Positions 10,751 to 19,406 of a stretch of DNA of 64,000 bases are shown one piece after another. Each line of letters starts with the position of its first letter. Positions within the stretch are counted from its first letter, which is position 1. A program made the translations under genes and the position numbers. The stretch comes from an uncultured delta proteobacterium (GTDB taxonomy: Bacteria; Myxococcota; UBA727; VGSZ01): contig CAVZJB010000008.1 in assembly GCA_963775425.1 (NCBI GenBank), forward strand, positions 160,001 to 224,000, read 5' to 3'. Below the pieces are notes generated by a model. That model was not told the origin of the DNA and searched no databases. It saw nothing but the letters and a program-made list of their open reading frames with translations.

Positions 10751-11494
10751 GTGATCCTCGCGCGCGCCCTGCCGACTCAGACGCCCTCCCGCCTTCGGGA
10801 GAGCGTGTCGTCGTGCCACGCGGTCCCGGGTGCGCGCGCAGCGGCGTTCACGCTGCTCGAGGTGATGATCGCCATCGTGCTGCTGTCGCTGATGGTGGCG
10901 GTGGCGGTGCCCGCGATGGGCGGGCTGTCGGGCGCGCAGCTCAAGGAGATGTCCGGGCTCATGGCGGGCGCCATCCGCGACACGTACGCGCGCACGGCGC
11001 TCGCGGGCAAGAGCGCGCGGCTCGTCATGGACTTCGATCAGAACGCCTGGTGGATCGAGGAGGCGCCGACGGTGGCGCGCGTCCACCGGCAGAACATCGA
11101 GGCCGATCGCGACGGCAAGGCGCAGCTCGACCCCAAGGACGAGCGGCTCGATCGCATCGAGGCGGACACGCAGGACGAGAAGGAGCGCACCGAGCTCGAG
11201 CTGCTGGCGCCGCCGCAGTGGAAGGCCGTCGACGGCGAGGACGGCAAGCCGCACAAGCTCGAGGGTGACGTGCGCTTCAAGGACGCCTGGATCGAGCACC
11301 TCGACGAGAAGATGTCCAAGGGCCAGGTGGCGCTCTACTTCTACCCCGGCGGCTTCACCGAAGAGGCCATGATCACCCTCACCGACGACGACGAAGGCGA
11401 GCGCACGCTCACGCTCATCGTCAACTCGCTGACGGGCGAGGTCTCCATCGAGTCCGATGAGCCCCGCGTGCCGGAAGTGGTGGACGACACATGA
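10751..11494 (+). CDS. gspH: minor pseudopilin, GspH-like
   Basis: A|FTLLEVMIAIVLL N-methylation-type motif, LYFYPGG; position after gspG; start (GTG 10751) uncertain. Confidence 0.8.
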   Translation: MILARALPTQTPSRLRESVSSCHAVPGARAAAFTLLEVMIAIVLLSLMVAVAVPAMGGLSGAQLKEMSGLMAGAIRDTYARTALAGKSARLVMDFDQNAWWIEEAPTVARVHRQNIEADRDGKAQLDPKDERLDRIEADTQDEKERTELELLAPPQWKAVDGEDGKPHKLEGDVRFKDAWIEHLDEKMSKGQVALYFYPGGFTEEAMITLTDDDEGERTLTLIVNSLTGEVSIESDEPRVPEVVDDT

Positions 11495-12210
11495 AGGCGC
11501 GTGCGTTCACCCTGCTCGAGATGATGGTCGCCATCGCCATCCTGTCGATGGGCCTCGTCGTGCTCCTGCAGGTGCAGGCGCGCTCCATCTCGCTCGCGCA
11601 GCAGGCGCGCGACATGACCGTCGCCACCATGCTCGCGCGGGGCAAGCTGCTCGACTGCGAGACCGACCTGTTGAAGAAGGGCTTCTCCGTCGGCGACTAC
11701 GAGGACGACGGCAAGTTCGACGAGGAGGGCTACCCGGACTTCTACTGGGAGTGCCACGGCTACAAGCCCGACATGCCCACCATGGACGCCTCGAGCGGCG
11801 GAGGCGATCTCTCGGGCCTCATGGGCGGCGCCGCCGGCGACGCGGCCGGCGCGGCGCAGGATCAGGGCGCCGACATCGGGATGCAGTTCCTGGCGCCCAT
11901 CCTGTCGCAGATGTCCGGCATCCTCGGCGACTCCATCCGCGAGCTCGTCGTCATCGTGCGCTGGGGCCAGGGCGAAGACGCGCAGGAGATGACGGTCACC
12001 ACGCACGTCATCGACAAGGGGCCGGTGAACCAGGTGGCCGGCATGATCTCGGCGCAGGCGGGCGCGCTCAAGTCGCTCACGGGCGGCGGCGCTGCCGGCG
12101 GCGGCGGCTCCACCGGCGGCAAGGGCGGCTCCTCGGGCGGAAGCACGAGCAAGAGCCCGACGCGTCCTACGCCGCGGACGCCGGCGCCGCCGAAGGGGAG
12201 GCTCAAGTGA
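11491..12210 (+). CDS. gspI: minor pseudopilin, GspI-like
   Basis: RA|FTLLEMMVAIAIL; overlapping start/stop with neighbours. Confidence 0.82.
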   Translation: MKARAFTLLEMMVAIAILSMGLVVLLQVQARSISLAQQARDMTVATMLARGKLLDCETDLLKKGFSVGDYEDDGKFDEEGYPDFYWECHGYKPDMPTMDASSGGGDLSGLMGGAAGDAAGAAQDQGADIGMQFLAPILSQMSGILGDSIRELVVIVRWGQGEDAQEMTVTTHVIDKGPVNQVAGMISAQAGALKSLTGGGAAGGGGSTGGKGGSSGGSTSKSPTRPTPRTPAPPKGRLK

Positions 12211-12863
12211 ACAAGCGCGCCCCCCGCGGCTTCTCCCTCATCGAGATCATCATCGCGGCCACCTTGCTCGCCATCATGGGCGGGCTGTTGCTGACGTCGT
12301 TGTCGTCGTCGCTCGACGCCAAAGAGCGCGTGGAGACCATCAGCAACCGCTATCACCTCGTGCGCTCCGCGATGAGCCGCATGTGCGACGAGATCTCCAT
12401 GGCCTACGTCGCCGGCCAGGGCCACGTCGCGCTCACCGAGCCGCGCACCAAGACGGGCTTTCTCGGCGAGCGCGACAGCCTCAAGTTCACCGGCTTCGGC
12501 TACGTGCCCCGCCGCGAGGACGAGAAGAAGAGCGATCAACGGCAGCTCGCCTTCTATCTGGACACCGACCCGAGGACGCAGACGCAGTCGTTGTTCCGCC
12601 GCGAGCAGGCCAACATCGACGACGACTTCGAGGAGGGTGGGCGCCCGCTGGTGCTCCTTCCCGACGTGCGCGACCTCAGCTTCGAGTACTGGGACGCGGC
12701 GCACGAGGAGTGGAAGGACAAGTGGGACTTCACGGCGCCCGAGGCCGACGGCAAGCTGCCGCAGCGCGTGCGCATCAAGCTCACCGCAGTCATGGAGGAC
12801 GGTCGCGAGCAGACCTTCGTCACGCAGACGAAGCTCTGGCTGCTCACGCCGCTGACGTTCTGA
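12207..12863 (+). CDS. gspJ: minor pseudopilin GspJ
   Basis: GTG at 12207; RG|FSLIEIIIA; C-terminal W.D.W...LPQRVRIKL typical of GspJ. Confidence 0.88.
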   Translation: MNKRAPRGFSLIEIIIAATLLAIMGGLLLTSLSSSLDAKERVETISNRYHLVRSAMSRMCDEISMAYVAGQGHVALTEPRTKTGFLGERDSLKFTGFGYVPRREDEKKSDQRQLAFYLDTDPRTQTQSLFRREQANIDDDFEEGGRPLVLLPDVRDLSFEYWDAAHEEWKDKWDFTAPEADGKLPQRVRIKLTAVMEDGREQTFVTQTKLWLLTPLTF

Positions 12864-14266
12864 TGCGACGCCTTCACGCCACCCTGCTCGCCTGGCACCG
12901 CGGCCTCCTCGGCCGCTCGCGGGTGTGGCGCGTCCTCATGACGCCCGTCGGCAAGCGCATCCCCGTGCGCAAGGGCAAGGGCGCGCCCAACGGCGTCGCC
13001 CTCCTCATCGTGCTCATGGCCCTCGCGCTGATGAGCGCCATCATCACCGACCTCGGCGCCAACGAGCTGATCCGCTACCGGCTCGCCTGCAACGACAGGG
13101 ACGGGATGAAGGCGGAGGCGCTCGCCGAGTCCGCCACCAACATGGCGCGCCTGCTCCTCGCCATGCAGGACGCGGTGCAGCCGCTCATCACGCAGCTCGC
13201 GTCGTCGGGCATCCCGCTGCCCGCGCACACCTTCTGGCAGCTCGTCCCCCTCGACAGCGAGCTGTTGAAGGGGCTGACGTCGGGCGCGCTGCAGTCGTCG
13301 CTCGGCCTCGACGTCAGCAAGAGCATCGAAGAGCGCAAGGCGAAGATGCAGGAGGAGCTCGAGGAGAAGAAGGCCGACTTCGACCCCGACAAGGAGGGCG
13401 CGGGCAAGGGACCGTTCGAGCCTCCCGAGGGCGGCTTCGGCTTCTTCGCGGACGAGAGCCGCGGCGAGAGCGGGTCGTTCAAGGCCGACATCCAGGACGA
13501 GGAGCAGAAGGCCGCTACGCTCCGCGGCTGGGGGCGCGACATCGCGCCCGAGAAGTGCACCGCCGTCGTCAAGCGCCTCATGACCGTGCTCCAGCCCGAG
13601 CGCTACGACTTCCTCTTCGAGGACCGCGACGCGCAGGGCAACCGCACCGACCGCGCCGAGCTCGTGGCCAACCTCTACGACTGGATCGACGAAAACCAGG
13701 AGACCACCGACGGCCACAACACCGACCTCGCCAGTTGGTGCCATCCCTCCGGCGGCTCCGAGGACTCCGTGTACTCGAGCGGTTACAAGACCATGCCGAA
13801 GAACGCGTACTTCGACAGCCCCGGCGAGCTGCGGCTCGTCCGCGGCATCACCGACGCCCACCTGCGCGCGTTCGCCGACAAGATCTCCATCTACGGCGAG
13901 GGCAAGGTGAACATCCTGTCGGCGCCATCGTCGTCGGTGGAGGCGCTCGTGTACGCCTGCGCCAACCCGGGCGAGCAGCTCGTGCAGTCTCCCATCTGGA
14001 TGCAGGAGACGGTGCAGGGCTGGGCGGAGAGCAAGCAGGTCGGCATCCTCGGCGGCGGCTTCCCGCCCACGCCCGAGGGCTTCCTCAGCTTTCTGGACTC
14101 GCGCGGCATGGCCGTCAACGACGAGTGCAAAGATCAGATGGACACGGAGTCCCACAATTTCACGGTCACGGCGACGGCGACGGTGGGCGAGGTGACGCGC
14201 ACCATGATTACGGTCATGCGCGTCGTTCGCCAGAACGAAGAGCTCTACTACTTCTCGGTTCGGTGA
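12863..14266 (+). CDS. gspK: minor pseudopilin GspK
   Basis: TGATG coupling; G|VALLIVL (no Glu5), DWIDEN, ELRLVRGI, KVNILSA. Confidence 0.9.
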   Translation: MRRLHATLLAWHRGLLGRSRVWRVLMTPVGKRIPVRKGKGAPNGVALLIVLMALALMSAIITDLGANELIRYRLACNDRDGMKAEALAESATNMARLLLAMQDAVQPLITQLASSGIPLPAHTFWQLVPLDSELLKGLTSGALQSSLGLDVSKSIEERKAKMQEELEEKKADFDPDKEGAGKGPFEPPEGGFGFFADESRGESGSFKADIQDEEQKAATLRGWGRDIAPEKCTAVVKRLMTVLQPERYDFLFEDRDAQGNRTDRAELVANLYDWIDENQETTDGHNTDLASWCHPSGGSEDSVYSSGYKTMPKNAYFDSPGELRLVRGITDAHLRAFADKISIYGEGKVNILSAPSSSVEALVYACANPGEQLVQSPIWMQETVQGWAESKQVGILGGGFPPTPEGFLSFLDSRGMAVNDECKDQMDTESHNFTVTATATVGEVTRTMITVMRVVRQNEELYYFSVR

Positions 14267-14275
14267 GGTTCGCGC

Positions 14276-16399
14276 ATGAGTCGGATCGTCGGGATTGACC
14301 TCGGGTCGTACAGCGTGAAGGTGGTGCGCATCGAACCGCGTGGGCGCGGAACGTTCGAGGTGCTCGGCTTCTCGGAGCAACCGCTCCCCGACGAGGGCTC
14401 GCTCGAGGAGCGGCACTCGGCGGCGCTGGCGGTGCTCAAGCAGCAGGGCGCGCTCGACGGCGACACCTACGTCACCGGCCTCTCCGGCGACGCGTCGGCG
14501 GTGCGCACGCTGCAGTTCCCGTTTTCGGACCCCAAGAAGATCGCAGAGGCGCTGCCGTTCGCGCTCGAGAGCGAGATCCCCGTCGACATCGACGACGTCG
14601 TGCTGTCCTGGGCAATCCTCGGGCGCTCCGCGGTGAAGCGGAAGGACGCCGTCGTCTCCACCGACGTGCTGGTGGCGTGGGCGAAGAAGGAGGCCGTGCA
14701 AGCGCTCCTCGACCTGCTCGCGGTGCACGGCATCGATCCGCGCCACGTGGAGCTGAGCGCGCTCGCCCTCGACGACCTCTACGACGGCCTGTTCAAGCCC
14801 GTCGACGCCGCCGCCGCGACGACGCGCGAGGGGCCCACCGAGATGCGCACGCCCGGGGGCACGGTCATCGAGATGGGCGAGGGAGCGCCGGAGCCCGCCG
14901 TCGCCGTCGTCGACATCGGCCACCGGAGCACCAGCGTGTGCGTGCTCGGCGGCGACGGGCGCGTGGTCAGCGCCCACAGCATCCTGCACGGAGGCGCCGA
15001 CGCCACGCGGTCTCTCTCCAAGGCCATCGGCCTGCCCCTCGACGAGGCGGAGCGCGGCAAGCGCAAGGAGGCCTTCATCGAGGTGGCGGGGGCGCGCGCG
15101 CAGTTCCCCGAGCAGGAGCAGATCAGCGAGGTCCTGAAGGGCGCCTACGCGCCCATCGTGCGGCGCCTGCGCCAGATCTTCCAGGCCAGCATCTCGCAGG
15201 CGCGCGTGCGCGTCATGAAGGTCATCATCGTCGGCGGCGCTTCACGCGTGTTGAACCTCGACCGGCACATGTCCGAGGAGCTGAACGTCAAGGTGGTGCG
15301 CGGCCCCGAGCTCTCGCGCGCCCTCGCCGGCCAGCTCCCGCTCGGCGCCGGCGAGGACGGCGCGCCCGAGGCGGCGCTCGCCTTCGCGTACGCGATGTCC
15401 GGCGCCGTCGGCAACAAGACGCGCGCGCGCATCGACTTCCGCACCGGCGAGTTCGCGTGGAGGGGCGACTTCGACTTCCTCCGCGAGAAGGCTCCCGCGC
15501 TGGCGACGTGGGCGGCGGTGCTGGTGCTGCTTTTGGGCGTGAGCGGCATCGCGCGCGCCTTCGTGCTCGCGCGCACCGACGACGCGCTGCAGGCGCAGGA
15601 GCTCGCGCTGTGCAAGGAGATCACCGGCAAGCCGGACCTCACGTCGTTCTCGGTGTGCATGAGCATGATCCAGGAGCGCATCCGTGGGCAGGCGTCGTTC
15701 TCGGTGCCCGCGCGCAGCGCCGTCGACACGTACATGGAGATCGCGCAGCGCCTGCCGCCTGAGTCCGAGCTGCACAGGAAGATCACCGAGCTCGACATCA
15801 CGGCGGACCGCGTGAAGATGCGCGGCCTCACGTCAGGCTACGAGGCCATCGACAAGATCGTGGAGCGCCTGCAGGGCGGCAAGTGTTTCTCCCTCGTGGA
15901 GAAGGGCAAGGCGCAGAACAAGGGCTCCGACGTCGAGTTCAACATCACCATCACCCTCGATTGCAACACCGCCCCCGGCGACGGCAAGCCGCCGCCACCC
16001 ATCACGACGGCGACGCGGGCGGCGCCGACGGGGGCGCCGCCGCCCATGGCGGTGCCGCCGCCGCGGCTCACCTCGCCGGTGGACGACGACAGCCAGAACG
16101 AGCCCGCCGCGGCGAACGTCCCGTCGCGTCCCCCGCCGCCGTTTCGTCCGAGCGAGGACGCGTCGTCGCCGCGGGCGGCCAAGCTCTCGCCCGCGGAGAT
16201 CCAGGAGCGCCGTGAGCGCCTGCGCAAGCTGCGCGAGGAGCGCGAGGCGCGCCGCGCGACGCGCATCGGCGGCGACACCATGCTCAACAACCCCTTGGCC
16301 ACGCCGCGGAACCCCGCGCTGCGCCAGCGCATGATGCACGGACAGGTGCCGACTCTCGCGCCGCCCAAGCCGGTCACCGGCGGCAAGGACGACGAATGA
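14276..16399 (+). CDS. gspL: GspL / PilM-like actin-fold assembly protein with Pro/Arg-rich C-terminal extension
   Basis: IVGIDLGSYSVKVV, VVDIGHRST, GGASR, IDFRTGEF, one TM, periplasmic domain; position between gspK and gspM. Confidence 0.85.
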   Translation: MSRIVGIDLGSYSVKVVRIEPRGRGTFEVLGFSEQPLPDEGSLEERHSAALAVLKQQGALDGDTYVTGLSGDASAVRTLQFPFSDPKKIAEALPFALESEIPVDIDDVVLSWAILGRSAVKRKDAVVSTDVLVAWAKKEAVQALLDLLAVHGIDPRHVELSALALDDLYDGLFKPVDAAAATTREGPTEMRTPGGTVIEMGEGAPEPAVAVVDIGHRSTSVCVLGGDGRVVSAHSILHGGADATRSLSKAIGLPLDEAERGKRKEAFIEVAGARAQFPEQEQISEVLKGAYAPIVRRLRQIFQASISQARVRVMKVIIVGGASRVLNLDRHMSEELNVKVVRGPELSRALAGQLPLGAGEDGAPEAALAFAYAMSGAVGNKTRARIDFRTGEFAWRGDFDFLREKAPALATWAAVLVLLLGVSGIARAFVLARTDDALQAQELALCKEITGKPDLTSFSVCMSMIQERIRGQASFSVPARSAVDTYMEIAQRLPPESELHRKITELDITADRVKMRGLTSGYEAIDKIVERLQGGKCFSLVEKGKAQNKGSDVEFNITITLDCNTAPGDGKPPPPITTATRAAPTGAPPPMAVPPPRLTSPVDDDSQNEPAAANVPSRPPPPFRPSEDASSPRAAKLSPAEIQERRERLRKLREEREARRATRIGGDTMLNNPLATPRNPALRQRMMHGQVPTLAPPKPVTGGKDDE

Positions 16400-16998
16400 A
16401 CCTGGTCACTCTCACCTCCCAAAGCTCCCTGTTCGCCCGCGCGTCGCAGGCGTTCTCCCGCATGAGCGAGCGCGAGAAGCGGCTCGTGCTCCTCACGTCC
16501 GCCGTCGCGGCGGTGCTCATCATCGCCGGCATCGTCACGCTGCTCGACAGCGCCGTGGCCAAGCGCGACAAGCAGGTGGCCATGCGTCGCGACGAGATCG
16601 CGCAGCTCGACGCCCTGCGCGACAAGTACGAGGAGGCCGTGCAGGCCGAGGAGCGCAGCAAGAAGCGCATCGTCACCAACAACGCGTCGCTGTTCTCGCT
16701 GCTGCAGAAGGCGGCCGGTGAGGTCGGCCTCTCGCTCAACGACCTCAACGAGCGCCGCCTGCCCGTGAAGGAAGCGCCCGACATCACCGAGGTCACCGTC
16801 GACGTCAACCTGAAGGAGATCACGGTCGACAAGCTCGACACCCTCCTCGAGAAGATCGAAGGCAAGCGCACCGACGGCGTCATCAAGATCGGCCGCATGA
16901 AGGTCAAGACGCGCTTTGATCACCCGGACATGCTGGAGGCGTCGATGACGGTGTCGACGTGGAAGTCCTCCGCCACCGGACCCGGGGGCACGCCGTGA
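16396..16998 (+). CDS. gspM: type II secretion system protein GspM
   Basis: MSEREKRLV + TM + coiled coil; synteny. Confidence 0.82.
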   Translation: MNLVTLTSQSSLFARASQAFSRMSEREKRLVLLTSAVAAVLIIAGIVTLLDSAVAKRDKQVAMRRDEIAQLDALRDKYEEAVQAEERSKKRIVTNNASLFSLLQKAAGEVGLSLNDLNERRLPVKEAPDITEVTVDVNLKEITVDKLDTLLEKIEGKRTDGVIKIGRMKVKTRFDHPDMLEASMTVSTWKSSATGPGGTP

Positions 16999-18029
16999 AA
17001 GCGGTCAAGATCATCGGCTACGCCGCCTGGTTTTTTGCCGCGTTCCTCGTCGGCATCTACCTCACGTTCCCGCTCGACGAGCTCAAGGGCCTGGTGGTCG
17101 ATCGCCTCGAGGAGCAGCTCGGCAAGGGCAAGCAGGGCGCCTACGGCGTCGACCCCAAGGTGGAGCTCGGCTCGCTCACGCTGTCCGGCTTCGGCGTGAA
17201 GGCCACGCGCGTGCGCGTGCAGTTGCCGAGCCGCGACCCGGACCCGGGCCCGACCTTCGAGCTCGACAAGCTCAAGGTGGGCATCCGCCCGTGGTCCATC
17301 ATCACGAAGGACAAGACCGTCAGCCTCTCCGCCGACCTCTACGGCGGCAGCGTCGACGCCGTGCTCAGCATGGACGACAAGGGCAACGTGCACGAGGCCG
17401 ACCTCGACGTCGACGACGTCGACATCGGTCGCTTCACTCTCATCCCCGACAAGCTCGGCGTCCCCGTGACCGGCAAGATCAACGCCAAGGCCGAGCTCGA
17501 CCTCGGAAAGACCCCCGAGAAGGACGGCGAGGGCGCGGTGTCCATCGACGTCAAGAGCCTCAAGCTCGGCCCGGGCAACCTCAAGCTCGCGGCGGCGTTC
17601 GGCGGCTTCGAATTGCCCGCCATCGACCTCGGCAACCTCACCGGCGAGATCCCCATCACCAAGGGCAAGGGCACGCTGCAGAACGTGAAGCTCGACGGCA
17701 AGGACGTGCAGCTCGAGCTCGTCGGTGACCTCTACCCCAAGGCCCGCCTGGGGCTCACCCGCCTCGACCTCGACGGCTGGTTCCAGCCGCAGGCCTCGTT
17801 CCTCGAGCGCGAGAAGAAATTCAAGTCGCTCCTCGAGCTCGCCGGCAACATGGGCAGCATGGGCGGCATGGGCAGCCTGACCAAGGCGAAGGACGACGAG
17901 GGCCACTACTGGTTCGGCCTCAAGGGAACCGTGGAGCGCCCGTCGGCCAACCTCGCCCGCGACGCCGGCAAGCACGCCAAGAGCAAGCTCAACAAAGGCG
18001 CGTCCGGCGGCAAGGACGCCAAGGGCTGA
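16995..18029 (+). CDS. gspN: type II secretion system protein GspN (deltaproteobacterial type)
   Basis: GTG at 16995; TM then YLTFP; beta-rich; last gene of cluster. Confidence 0.8.
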   Translation: MKAVKIIGYAAWFFAAFLVGIYLTFPLDELKGLVVDRLEEQLGKGKQGAYGVDPKVELGSLTLSGFGVKATRVRVQLPSRDPDPGPTFELDKLKVGIRPWSIITKDKTVSLSADLYGGSVDAVLSMDDKGNVHEADLDVDDVDIGRFTLIPDKLGVPVTGKINAKAELDLGKTPEKDGEGAVSIDVKSLKLGPGNLKLAAAFGGFELPAIDLGNLTGEIPITKGKGTLQNVKLDGKDVQLELVGDLYPKARLGLTRLDLDGWFQPQASFLEREKKFKSLLELAGNMGSMGGMGSLTKAKDDEGHYWFGLKGTVERPSANLARDAGKHAKSKLNKGASGGKDAKG

Positions 18030-18030
18030 A

Positions 18031-18280
18031 AGGCTGACGAAAAATAAGGCTCGTAGCAGCACTCGGCGAAGCCGCCCACAAGGTCGCTCGCCGCGCGGAG
18101 TACGTGGCGAGGCACGTCGGCGCGCAAGAACCGCTGCAGGTTGTGAGGAAACGGCGGGTCCGAGCGGTGTTGTGATCCCGCTATCGGCGCACGTGGCGGC
18201 TTCGTGCGGGTCGTGTGCGCGCCGACGTGCCTCGATGCGACGTCGGTGCGGACTTCAGGCGGTGAGCTTCGCGAGAGCAG
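18031..18280 (+). repeat. ~250-bp structured element, copy 1 (inverted relative to 25043-25283)
   Basis: Starts AGGCTGACGAAAAATAAGGCTCG 1 bp after gspN stop; aligns by eye to the reverse complement of 25043-25283 with 7 substitutions and two indels (7 bp, 2 bp). Confidence 0.95.
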
Positions 18281-18610
18281 GTTGAAGGCCACGGCTGCCA
18301 TCAGGGTGAGGAGCTTGTCGAACGCGGCGCCGTAATCGACGCGGAACCTGGCGATGACGTCGTGACTCGGGCGCAGATCGCCGACGATAAAACGGAAGGC
18401 GTCGTCGTTCGTCGTCAGCCGCGCGATCTCCCGGGCGCTCCCGATCCCTTGCGGGCTCGTAATCGGGCGCCCACCGCCAAACTGTACGGCCTTGGCGCTG
18501 GCTGTGAGCCCGTCGAGCTCGAGCCCGCCGAGCACGCGGTCGATCAGGCGAGCCGGGTGCTCGGGGCCGATGAGGTCGTCCACGGCCTGGGTCTTCAGCT
18601 TGGGCGCTCG
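18138..18610 (-). mobile_element. internally deleted IS1182-like transposase remnant with putative right end
   Basis: Minus-strand translation VDDLIGPEHPARLI..LEL..GGRP..P / GIGSAREIARL..DDAFRFIVG..RPSHDVIARFR resembles the DUF772 N-terminus, joined directly to C-terminal-like AAVAFNLL; no DDE core; ends in TTCCTCACAACCT (18138-18150). Left end not found. Confidence 0.72.
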
Positions 18611-18837
18611 GAATCAGCGAAGGCTAGACAACGTCGCCACCGCCGGAGCGGAAAGGAGCGGAGAGCTCGGCGCCCCGGCGCTCAACTCGGCGCGCGTCTT
18701 CGTCGCCGAGCTTGGAGCTCCTTTCCGCTCCGCCGTGTGGCCGTAGCACCGTCCCCTCCCGGGTGGCTCGGATCAACGGTCCATCGGGCCAGCCCTCGTC
18801 GCCACTCGCGGCGCTCTCGATGACGCGGATCCGCCGC

Positions 18838-19406
18838 GCGCCTTCGGCGCCTTTCCCGCATCGGGGCGACGGCCGGCGCCGTCGTCGCCGCACACGTCGA
18901 CACGGCACGCACGGCATCGAGACGCGTGCCCTTTCCGACGCGGGGGACAAGCCCCCGCCCTGCGGGGCGTCGACGCAGCCGACGTCAAGCCCCGCAGGGT
19001 CGTCGACGTCGCCGACGCCGCTCAGCGGCGTCGTGCCCCGCCGCGAATGTCTACGCCGCGCGCCTTCGGCGCCTGTCGTCGCCGCACGCGTCGACACGGC
19101 ACGTCCGCGCCCTCTCCGCGGCTCAACGCGGGCCCGGGTGCGCACGCGCCGCATCGACGGTGCGGCTCCTCCCGGCGCCGGCCGCCGCCCCTCGCGTCCG
19201 AGCCGGCAGTGACGACATTCACGGCGGCAGGGAGCTCGTCGCTGACGACGGCCGTCGTCGCCGCGCACGTCGACACGGCACGCACTGGGGCGCGTCGGAG
19301 GCACCAGCAACGTCCGCCTGCGTTTCCGACGCGGGGGACAAGCCCCCGCCCTACGGGGCGTCGACGGGACGTCGCGAATGGACTGCACGTGCGCCTTTCC
19401 CGCATC
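18838..19406. repeat. mosaic of REP-like palindromes and ~30-bp direct repeats (BIME-like)
   Basis: GCGGGGGACAAGCCCCCGCCCT(G/A)C at 18940 and 19331; GTCGTCGCCGC..CGTCGACACGGCACG at 18881, 19075, 19254; GCGCCTTCGGCGCCT and CTTTCCCGCATC each twice. Confidence 0.8.

Noticed and set aside
18881-19285. Three ~30-bp direct repeats as a possible CRISPR array
   Set aside because: Spacing of about 180-195 bp is far too long, the intervening DNA contains shared REP-like modules, and no cas genes are present.
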